Positions 10,926 through 20,147 of a stretch of 64,000 bases of DNA are shown here, piece after piece. Location: positions 310,001 through 374,000 of the forward strand of contig JAANOX010000224.1 of NCBI GenBank assembly GCA_020184695.1. The letters are read 5' to 3'. The stretch comes from Histomonas meleagridis 2922-C6/04-290x (taxonomy: Eukaryota > Protista > Parabasalia). Position 1 is the first letter of the stretch. Each line of letters begins with the position of its first letter. Both the position numbers and the translations under genes were made by a program. The notes under the pieces are model-generated. The model saw only the letters and a program-made list of their open reading frames with translations, did no database searches and had not been told where the DNA came from.

Positions 10926-12392
10926 ATGGAAGATGGGAGAAATTTTTGGTGGAAAAGCATTTTTTCAGAAGATAATATCTCAGATGTCCCTACTAAATTT
11001 CCTAGTTTAGAAATAGCATCAAAAATTTGGCCTAAAATTTCTCCAATTCTAGATGCTAAACTTGATATCAACGTTGATTTTGATTCTTATTGGCAAAATG
11101 CCAAAGAACTTATATCTTTTATTTCGAGTTTTAAATTATCTGATGATTGCCAATTTTCAGACTTAATAGATGTAATTTATAAAAATTCAAATTTTTTTTA
11201 TCCAAAAGCTATACAAGATTGCATACCATTTATTGAAAAATTTTGTCCACAGCATCCTAGTGACTTCTTTGTTTATGAATTTTTTCGGTGCATCGGTGAT
11301 TCAATACTATGTGTACAAACATGCATCTATCTTCACAAACAAAAACATCCTTTATGGGTTTCATTTATAAAAAGGAAAGGTTCATCTGAAAGATTTATTG
11401 ATTTATTTCTTCCATTTTTTACTGTTCCAGCACCAGGACAATATGATAATGAATTTTGGGCATTACGTCTTGAAATTTTTGAACTAATAACAAATCTTCT
11501 AGTTGACAATCAAAACATGATCTGTCTCATGAACGAGACACTTCTTTCCATCCACAAAATCACCAAAAGTGTCATATTCAATTCCCCCTCTGAATTTTCC
11601 ATAAACTTTTTGAGGAACGCCTTTCAAATTATTGAAATCGGTATTCAAAAAGTGAAGCCTGATATATCATCACGAAGAATCACTGCTTTAGTTAAAGCAT
11701 CGCCACCAAGTCGAATTACACATGCATTAATTGTTCGTTTTGCATATAATCATAGTGCTTATATCAAAAAAGACACTCTTGCGAAAATTTTAATTTCGCA
11801 ACAAGTTGTCTCCACTTTCGATTTGGAGATGCTCGATAAAATTGCATCAAACCCAGCCTCTGGTTGCGTTCAAGAAGTGGTTCAATACATCTCGAAGCTG
11901 ATGATTTTGGATCCACTTTTTGGGAGGTCAGCGGCGGTTTTATTGAAAAATATATTGACGAAAAACCCGAAAAAAGAAACTGTCGATTGGGTATGTAAAT
12001 TAACGAAAAGATTTGCAATGTTTATTGCAATGGCTGTTCAAAAGAAGAAATATTTAGGAAGAGTCTCTAGGGTTACTGAATGTTTTGTAAATACATTAGC
12101 ACCAAATTTAAATTGGTTTTCTAACTTGATAAATGACTTGTTCTCCGGTCTGGTGTTGGCTCATAAGGCTCCGGCTTATTTCAATAAGATATTTGTGTTG
12201 AAGGTTGAACTCGATAATCAATTTTTAAATGAAATGGAATCTTTCCAAAAAGCAATTACTTCTTTGAAAAGTTTTCCATTTGACGCAAAGCAACAAAAGC
12301 TGTTTGAAAAGCCACAGAAAAAAGAGAAAAAGCCAAGACAAAATAAAACATCTTCAAGGAAAAAGCCAAAAAGACCAAAGTGGCAATCATAA
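10926..12392 (+). CDS. hypothetical helical protein (488 aa) with basic C-terminal tail
   Basis: Long ORF; no family recognised. Confidence 0.8.
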   Translation: MEDGRNFWWKSIFSEDNISDVPTKFPSLEIASKIWPKISPILDAKLDINVDFDSYWQNAKELISFISSFKLSDDCQFSDLIDVIYKNSNFFYPKAIQDCIPFIEKFCPQHPSDFFVYEFFRCIGDSILCVQTCIYLHKQKHPLWVSFIKRKGSSERFIDLFLPFFTVPAPGQYDNEFWALRLEIFELITNLLVDNQNMICLMNETLLSIHKITKSVIFNSPSEFSINFLRNAFQIIEIGIQKVKPDISSRRITALVKASPPSRITHALIVRFAYNHSAYIKKDTLAKILISQQVVSTFDLEMLDKIASNPASGCVQEVVQYISKLMILDPLFGRSAAVLLKNILTKNPKKETVDWVCKLTKRFAMFIAMAVQKKKYLGRVSRVTECFVNTLAPNLNWFSNLINDLFSGLVLAHKAPAYFNKIFVLKVELDNQFLNEMESFQKAITSLKSFPFDAKQQKLFEKPQKKEKKPRQNKTSSRKKPKRPKWQS

Positions 12393-12446
12393 AAATTTGT
12401 TCATAAAATGTAATTTCAAATTTATTTTTATTAAAACTTTTTATTA

Positions 12447-14783
12447 TTATATTAAGAGATCTGCTAATAGAAAATAAAAAAGTGTTGTAAATAACAAAAC
12501 TAATAATAATTCGTAATCACTTTGCTTTAATTCTGATAATGCTTTTGATATTGGAAGTTGTGATGTTTGTTCTTTAACTATATTTTGTGGTTCTTTTTCT
12601 TCCTCTTTTTCATGCTTATGATGATGTGGAACTTCTTCTGTTTCTGCTATCGTTTTTTGAATCTTTCGAATGTTTTTATGAAGTTTTCTTATTTGTCTTT
12701 GAAAAGATAGCTCAATGCTTTCTATTTTAATATTAATTTCTTCATATGAAATAGAAGGAGGAAAATGCGTTTTTTCTTTATCTTCAGTAGTATCAGCAAA
12801 GAAAAATGAATTTTCCATCCTATTAATAATTTTATTCATATCTTCTTCAAATTTTTCCTTTTCTTCTTTACTATTTTCTATGAATGCATTTAGTACTCGA
12901 TGCAGTGTTTGAACTTCTTTCTTCAAACTCAAGTATTCATCATTGGATAAAAACATGTCTTGAATTCTATGATTAAGATTTTTTCTTTCTGATTGGAATT
13001 GGTGTTGAAGCTTTTCTTCATACATCATCAAATTCTCTCCTATTTTTAAATAAGTTGAAATTTTATCAGTATTAATTCTCATATTTTCTTCTATTCTTTG
13101 TATTCTTTCACATGCAACATCTAAGATTCCTTTAATATCAACGTTTATTGGTTCATCAACTTCTGTTTCTGAGTTTGAATCAGCTTCATTTTTAGTTATT
13201 AGTTTTTTTAGTTTATTTACTTTCTTACGAAGTCTATTTAATACATTATTGAAATGAACATTGGTCTTATTAGCTTGAATATCAACTTCTGTTTTAAGAG
13301 CATTAACGATTTCATTTATTTTATTTTCTTCATTAAAAATTATTTCTGTATCTTTTTTGTGATTTTCTATTATGATTGAAATATTTTCAATTATTTTATT
13401 TGATATCTCTTCTGACTCTTCCATTTTTCTTTTAAGTTCATCAAGTTCTTCATCAGCAAGTTTTATTTGTCCAATATTTGTTTTTAAATCAATTTTTAGA
13501 TTATTGATTTTATCTTCAAATTCATGTAACATTATTTGATTATCCTCTATAGTTTTTGTAATCATTAAAGGGCAATCAAGAATTTCCCGATAACCTTGTT
13601 CAACTTTCTCTTCAATTGATTTTACTTTATCTTCAATTTCTTCGTGTTCTAATGTAATAACATATTGAAGATTTCCAATTTGATCAAGGAATTCTTCTTT
13701 TTGGAAGTTAATTAATTCTTCGAGTTGCTTTTGATTTTCGTCTAATTGCACAATTTGTTCTTGATTATTTTCGATTCTAGAAATTCTTACTTTCATTTCA
13801 TTAAAATCATATGATTCATTTATATTATTATCCAAATTTTCTTCAGTAGAACTTGATTTCATTTTTATTGTATCTTGCATTACTTTCATTTCACCAATTA
13901 ATTCATGATAAGTTCTCACAAACTCATGAAACTTTTCTTTTTCGTTATTGATATTTTCAACTAATATTTGGATTTGTTTTTTTGTTTTCGATTTGAAGTT
14001 TATTAATTTTTGTTTTAGATCATCAAAATCATTTTGATTTACATAAATATTATTTTGCTTTGCTTTAAATTCGTGGAATGTATTCACAAATTCTTGAGTA
14101 TATTCTTTTATTTCATTTATTTTTTTCTCTACATTTGGCATAATTTCTTTTTCGATAATATTTTGAAATTCATCAATTTGATTATAACATTTCTTTTGAT
14201 ATTCATCAAAATACTTATTAATTTTTATATAATTCCTTTGTATTTTTAATATGATTTCATCCCAAACTTCGATTCTTTGATTGGAAGCCATATCAATTCT
14301 TTGAACATAAAAATTTTGTTCTTTAAATTTTTCTTTAATTTTTATCATATCCTCTTCAAGAAAATCAAACTTTAACTTTAAAGAATTTAATCCTTGATTA
14401 TTTTTTACTTCATCTGAAATACTATTAATTTTTAATATCATTTGTTTATTGAGTTCTATAATTTCATTAATACGTCTCGAATTATCTTTAATTAAAACAT
14501 CTAATGTATGGTCAGTATCTCTAAGATGAGAAAAATTCTCATTAACCATTTCATCCAATTTTTCTAAATGAATTCTAATTTGTTTCTTAATTTCTTCAAC
14601 TAAACATGGCACTTCAGAATTGGATTGGTTCTCATTTAATTTCTTGATTTGTTCTTGAAAACTATTTTTCATTTGCATAATAAAATCCACCATTTCTTTA
14701 AATTTTTGAGCAATAATATTTTGCTGATTTTGGATTTCACGAATTGCTTCTTCATAAGACAGTTGTATCTCTTGATTGTTCAA
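12447..14783 (-). CDS. long coiled-coil protein with C-terminal transmembrane (tail) anchor
   Basis: Heptad-rich E/K/Q/N sequence ending in LLLVLLFTTLFYFLLADLLI. The track start is TTG and the first in-frame ATG is ~30 codons later, so the start is uncertain. Confidence 0.8.
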   Translation of the reverse strand: MNNQEIQLSYEEAIREIQNQQNIIAQKFKEMVDFIMQMKNSFQEQIKKLNENQSNSEVPCLVEEIKKQIRIHLEKLDEMVNENFSHLRDTDHTLDVLIKDNSRRINEIIELNKQMILKINSISDEVKNNQGLNSLKLKFDFLEEDMIKIKEKFKEQNFYVQRIDMASNQRIEVWDEIILKIQRNYIKINKYFDEYQKKCYNQIDEFQNIIEKEIMPNVEKKINEIKEYTQEFVNTFHEFKAKQNNIYVNQNDFDDLKQKLINFKSKTKKQIQILVENINNEKEKFHEFVRTYHELIGEMKVMQDTIKMKSSSTEENLDNNINESYDFNEMKVRISRIENNQEQIVQLDENQKQLEELINFQKEEFLDQIGNLQYVITLEHEEIEDKVKSIEEKVEQGYREILDCPLMITKTIEDNQIMLHEFEDKINNLKIDLKTNIGQIKLADEELDELKRKMEESEEISNKIIENISIIIENHKKDTEIIFNEENKINEIVNALKTEVDIQANKTNVHFNNVLNRLRKKVNKLKKLITKNEADSNSETEVDEPINVDIKGILDVACERIQRIEENMRINTDKISTYLKIGENLMMYEEKLQHQFQSERKNLNHRIQDMFLSNDEYLSLKKEVQTLHRVLNAFIENSKEEKEKFEEDMNKIINRMENSFFFADTTEDKEKTHFPPSISYEEINIKIESIELSFQRQIRKLHKNIRKIQKTIAETEEVPHHHKHEKEEEKEPQNIVKEQTSQLPISKALSELKQSDYELLLVLLFTTLFYFLLADLLI

Positions 14784-15550
14784 AATACAAATGTGAAAAG
14801 CATATAACTCAATTTATTTAAAAATTCAAAACAATTTTTATAATTTATATTCCTTTTAAAACAATAAAAAACTCAAAAAAATCAATATTAATAAAGAGTT
14901 GATAGGAAATGCTTGAAAATAATGATTCCTTATTTTTATACTATTAATAGTTTTATTTTTATATAATAATAAGATAATAATATGATTAACAAGTTACTTT
15001 ATTTTTAATCATTAAATGATTCAGTTAAAAATTTTATTTTGAAATGTAAAAGTTTGTTTGGTACATATTAATACTTTACCAAACCAAAATAATTAATTCA
15101 ATAAACGTAATAAAGATCATGAAAAATACGTATGCAACATGACTTAAAGAATTCTGCTAGCTGAAACAACAACAGCTCTTCCAATACATAAATATATTAA
15201 ATAATAATAATTATTTTATCATAAAATTATATATCTCCATTATTATTTGAAATGCATATAAAATTATAAATGATAAAATGATAGGAATATGTTATTCCAT
15301 ATTATAACCTAATTAAATTTATTGGTTTTAAAAAAGATTATAAGATTATATAAAATCACACCTGAAACAAAATAGATGCAAATAGATTAATCGTTATTAT
15401 TTTTTCAATTTTCATTTCGTAATAAGTAATCATAAGTAAACTAAACACAAAAACAATACAATATCAAACATCAGGATGTGACAGAAATGACTAAGAATTC
15501 CATATTTCGTTCCGTTTATTTTTACCTCAAATTGAATAGTTTACAAAATC

Positions 15551-17005
15551 ATGCTGAATTATAAAGCAAGACAGAAGAAAACATTTAGAAGCCCATCAAG
15601 AGTAAATTATTTATCAAGGACAAATGTCCAAGATGACATTGATGAAGTCTCAAATGAAGAAATTGTTAATAACTTGTTATTATTTAAGCAATTATTAATG
15701 AATGAGTCATTTGAACAATTGATTCCGATGCAAGGCTTCATTTCGAAAATTCTTAAGAACCATGCATCTTCATTTTTTTCAAAAGTTTTGAATGATTTTC
15801 ATTTTTTTCAAAAAACTATCGAAATTTTTGCAAATTGTATGGATCTTAATATCCTCATGATTATAGGAAAAGTTTTAGTGCAAGGTTCTCTTTGTTTATC
15901 TAAAGATGATATCATCAAATTTTATTTTCAAGTACAGCCCAACATTTTCCAATCCATATCCAACGTTCTCCCTCGTGTCACAAATTCATCTCTGTTCACT
16001 ATCGTTTGTCTTATTCTTGGGAATTGTTTTATTAATAATGAAATATGTTCCAATATCACAAATTTTTTTCAAATTCAAAACTTTTGCAAAATGATATGCT
16101 CAATAGATCCTTCTCACCCAGAACTTTATGGTTATTATTTTCCATGGCTTCGGTGCATTTATTCATATTGTTCTCATCCATGTACCAAAGATGATTCACA
16201 CTTTATCCTCACAACGTTAAGAAAGATTTTTCCTTCTATTGTATATGATGGGAAAGTTGTGAATAACAAATGTTATAAATATTTTTGTTGGATATGTATC
16301 AAGATGATTGATAACGATACTCTTATCAAAGCAGAGTTCGACATGTTTAAGTTTATTGATGTTTGTGTTGATCAAACAGCAAGTAATGATTTTAAAGTTC
16401 AATATAATTCTTTAGTTTTAGTTGGAAAGTATATTGCAAAGTATAATGAAAACTTAAATCTTGACGTTGTATCATTTCTTTTCCTTGGCACAAAAGCTGA
16501 ACTCGAATGTATACGGATTCTTGGATTATGGATTTCGACATTAATTTTAAATTCCGTTACCATTGAAGCTGTTCTTAATTTAGATATTTTGAACATGCTA
16601 GTCCAAGCATACCATGATGGAGGTTTTCAGCTTAAGCAGGAGATTGTTCTGTTTTTTGTTGATGCGATTTTGGTCCTCTCAAAAAGTTCGTTTTCTGAGG
16701 AATTGACGGTTGAGTTTTTGGAGAGATTAATTTCAGCAAATGTGATCGATATGATGATAGAGGCTATGCAAGTGGAAACTAATGACATCCGGGGGAGAAT
16801 TGGAATATCAATTGCAACTTTGCTAAGAATATTTACTGATGATGAACAAAAAAGAATAATTGCTTCTTGTGGTGATTCTTGTGATAATTTGAGTCAGGTT
16901 CTTACCGAAATGCAAATGTCATGCAATGGTGTGGTCCTTGAAGATGTAATGTATTTATCATCATTACTCGATAGTTTAAGTGACCAACAAAACGTTGTTT
17001 TATAA
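15551..17005 (+). CDS. hypothetical helical-repeat (ARM/HEAT-like) protein
   Basis: 484-aa ORF with a basic N-terminus followed by Leu/Ile-rich amphipathic helices. The fold call is tentative. Confidence 0.7.
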   Translation: MLNYKARQKKTFRSPSRVNYLSRTNVQDDIDEVSNEEIVNNLLLFKQLLMNESFEQLIPMQGFISKILKNHASSFFSKVLNDFHFFQKTIEIFANCMDLNILMIIGKVLVQGSLCLSKDDIIKFYFQVQPNIFQSISNVLPRVTNSSLFTIVCLILGNCFINNEICSNITNFFQIQNFCKMICSIDPSHPELYGYYFPWLRCIYSYCSHPCTKDDSHFILTTLRKIFPSIVYDGKVVNNKCYKYFCWICIKMIDNDTLIKAEFDMFKFIDVCVDQTASNDFKVQYNSLVLVGKYIAKYNENLNLDVVSFLFLGTKAELECIRILGLWISTLILNSVTIEAVLNLDILNMLVQAYHDGGFQLKQEIVLFFVDAILVLSKSSFSEELTVEFLERLISANVIDMMIEAMQVETNDIRGRIGISIATLLRIFTDDEQKRIIASCGDSCDNLSQVLTEMQMSCNGVVLEDVMYLSSLLDSLSDQQNVVL

Positions 17006-17565
17006 ATGTATGAATATATGTAGAAAATGTATTTTTTATTTTATTTATAGAATTGTTTGGAAAAATAATTTTTTTGTAAGTTATCACAAAAACATTTTAA
17101 CCAAAATTTTTAGATATTTTAATAACAAAGTTAAGAAAATGATGTTTTAAAAGTTCTAAAATATTTTAGTTTAAATGTTGTATTTATAAGACTTTTCATT
17201 CATAACGATCAAAAAAATTGTTATGCAAAAATTGAAGTGCACTTTTAATTATTCTGTGAAAAAAGATCGAACCTGGTGCGTTGTATAAAACCGTTTTCGA
17301 TATTTTAAAACCAGATTTTTTAGCCGAAACAGTAAGGAATTGTAATGTTTACAAGGAAATTGAATTAATATCCAAATTTTTCAGTGGCATGTAGAACCAA
17401 GAATTTTCGGTTATTTTAATACATCATAAACCGATCAAAAAGTTCGACGGCCGTTTTTTCTTCCGTTAGTGTTTTTTTTGAATTGAATTCAAAGATCAGT
17501 TTTTGACTTGTTCGCATCTGAAAAAGCTAGAAATAACCGCCAAAACGGTTTCTTATCAATCGCCT

Positions 17566-18849
17566 ATGGTGAGCAAAACAGAAGAAGTATATAATTATCT
17601 ACTCGGCGGTCTGCTAACGACAAACATCGTTATAATGGTCTGCACTCTCGGATACAATGCGTATTATAATGACCACAACAGTTTTTCGACATTAAAGTAT
17701 GGCCAAGATCAAAAAGTTTCAGATATAGCAATAGCTATAGTTGTTCTATCAGCAATTTCAGCTGTGGCAATGTTATTATATTTATTCGTATATTTATTCG
17801 ATCTTTCAACATTATTCAAATTAATCCTTCTCGTAATAGCTATTCTCACATTCCTAGGAACTCTCCTTGCACAAATTATTGGGGAAAGTTATACAATGTA
17901 TGGGAATTCATTAATTTCAAGCATCCATTCATACTATGACAATAACGAAGATTTCCAAACTTATGTCAATGAGAATTACCATGTTGGTGATTCCGCCTAT
18001 GATTTTTCACTCCCAGAGACAAATAGTTCCGTATCATATGATCCATCATTATTTGGCGATTTCATCGTTTCATATCGTTACTATGACAACGGAATGTACC
18101 GAACAGGCAGAGTTCCTTCATGTCGCTTTGAGAACATTACACTCGACTTAATCTCCGGAGGAAGTAGTCAGACCGCATCGCTCGGCCCATGTTTCTATGA
18201 CTTTTCCAACGTCGAAGGAACATGCGTCGGTCGTTGGTCAGCAGAAGACTTCGGCCAATATTGGTGTTATCTTGTCACAATTCATGATGAGAAACTTGCT
18301 CAGCCGACAATCCCCGACCAGATCAAATATCAGGCGGAAATGGACCGCAACCATTATGGCTATGGTACGTTTGCCAATTTTTACTCTTTAAACGCACTCT
18401 TTATAATCATTGAAGTAATCGATATACTTCTTTTGTTAGCGTTAATGATCGTAAACACAGCAATAGAATTCTGCAAGCCAAAGAAACAGAAGGAAGAACC
18501 CAAGAAGGAACAAAAGAAGAAGCCAGAGCCAAAGAAGGAACCAGTAGTGAAACCTGAACCGAAGAAGGAGGTCGTGAAATCCAGCCCTGTGAAACCAATG
18601 ATTTCATTAGATATTTCATCAGATACTTCATCAAATGAAAACATTTCTTCATCATCATCTTCGTCAACAACTACAACATCTTCAGAGGATACTTTGGATT
18701 CTTCACCAGATTATGTATATGAGGAAGAAATAGAAGAGGATGAAATTGAGGAGGAAATTATCGAAGAAGAATATTATGAATATGATGATGAGTCAACATC
18801 CAGTGGCTCATCATCATCATCTACAGATGAATCTACTTCTTCTAATTAA
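17566..18849 (+). CDS. four-TM membrane protein with Cys-containing loop and K/P, S/T, E-rich tail
   Basis: First ATG is at 17566 (the track start is TTG). Three N-terminal hydrophobic helices, a long loop, a fourth helix, then a low-complexity tail. Confidence 0.75.
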   Translation: MVSKTEEVYNYLLGGLLTTNIVIMVCTLGYNAYYNDHNSFSTLKYGQDQKVSDIAIAIVVLSAISAVAMLLYLFVYLFDLSTLFKLILLVIAILTFLGTLLAQIIGESYTMYGNSLISSIHSYYDNNEDFQTYVNENYHVGDSAYDFSLPETNSSVSYDPSLFGDFIVSYRYYDNGMYRTGRVPSCRFENITLDLISGGSSQTASLGPCFYDFSNVEGTCVGRWSAEDFGQYWCYLVTIHDEKLAQPTIPDQIKYQAEMDRNHYGYGTFANFYSLNALFIIIEVIDILLLLALMIVNTAIEFCKPKKQKEEPKKEQKKKPEPKKEPVVKPEPKKEVVKSSPVKPMISLDISSDTSSNENISSSSSSSTTTTSSEDTLDSSPDYVYEEEIEEDEIEEEIIEEEYYEYDDESTSSGSSSSSTDESTSSN

Positions 18850-19187
18850 ACGATATCATTAAATTTAATTAAATAAAAATTTTTTTGATGCAAAAATCAA
18901 ACAAAGCCTCTCAATTTTGATGTTTTTTGTCTTCTTGAATTCCAAATCTTCTTTTGCAATATGACAATTTTTTTTTCATTTTAGGTATGAAATAATGTTT
19001 TATTGATATAAAATTATGATTTAATGATGTTTTATAGTGCAAATATTATCATTTTCTTTGATGACTGTATCGTTTCTGGTCAAATAAATTGACTCACAAT
19101 TTGGTCACACCACTTTTATTCGCGGTACATATCCTCTCAAAATTTGAATTATATAATTCTGAGCTGAACACTTTATTTGTCAATTTT

Positions 19188-19195
19188 TCATTTTT
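19188..19195 (+). promoter_or_regulatory. Inr-like element (TCATTTTT) directly upstream of the Myb gene
   Basis: TCATTTTT immediately before ATG 19196. Confidence 0.5.
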
Positions 19196-19837
19196 ATGAC
19201 TCCTTGCTTCCACTACCCATCTTCTATACCAGGACACATACATCCTAAAAATAAGTTTTCAAAAGAAGAAGATATGCTGTTAAAACAGATTGTAGAAAAA
19301 TTTGGAACAAACGATTGGAAAATTATTGCAAAGGAAATGCCAGGAAGGAATCCAAGGCAGTGCCGAGATAGGTGGCAGGGGTACCTGTCGCCTCATATTT
19401 CAAATGAACCATGGACTGAAAAAGAAGACCAACTATTGGTTCAAAAATATGAAGAATTTGGTCCTCGTTGGAAATATATTTCAACATTTTTCCCAAATAG
19501 AACTGATATCAACATAAAGAGTCGTTGGCAGATTAGACAAAGAAGACTTAAAAAGGAAGAATTAGCCAAAATGAAATTAGAACAAACAAAAATGTTATTG
19601 CATGAAGATAGTTGCTGTAAAAGGGTAAAAATAAATACCCAACCACCACCCAATGCGTGCTGTGTTAAAAATGAAACAGTATCCCATTCTTTACCAATAC
19701 CAAAATTCACTTCCCAAGAAGCTAACAATAACTTATCCTTTTTTGGAATGAATTCAAATGATTTGAACATGAGCAATGACTTTGATTTCTTATGTCCAGA
19801 CAATTGGGAATATTCATTTTTAGACATAGAGTTTTAA
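19196..19837 (+). CDS. R2R3 Myb-like transcription factor
   Basis: KFSKEED...W..IA..MPGRNPRQCRDRW and WTEKED...GPRW...FPNRTDINIKSRW. Confidence 0.95.
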   Translation: MTPCFHYPSSIPGHIHPKNKFSKEEDMLLKQIVEKFGTNDWKIIAKEMPGRNPRQCRDRWQGYLSPHISNEPWTEKEDQLLVQKYEEFGPRWKYISTFFPNRTDINIKSRWQIRQRRLKKEELAKMKLEQTKMLLHEDSCCKRVKINTQPPPNACCVKNETVSHSLPIPKFTSQEANNNLSFFGMNSNDLNMSNDFDFLCPDNWEYSFLDIEF

Positions 19838-20147
19838 AATTTACATAACCTATTCATAAAGCAAAATATCAAATTTCTTTCCAGTAATTGTTGTTGTGCT
19901 ATTTATAAATGATATTAGGCTGTTTTTTGTATTTTTTTTTGTTTGTTAAAACCAAAAGATTCACGATAAGAGTAAACCACTGAAATGCGAAAATTACTAT
20001 TAACGATATGTGATTGAATGTTTTACATGAATATTGTTTTGATACACAATATAATAAATTACTTAGTTCTTGATGATAAAACACAAAAATATTATGATAA
20101 TATCATATTGTTTTACTGTGCTCTTTTGATGTATTTCAAAAAATATT

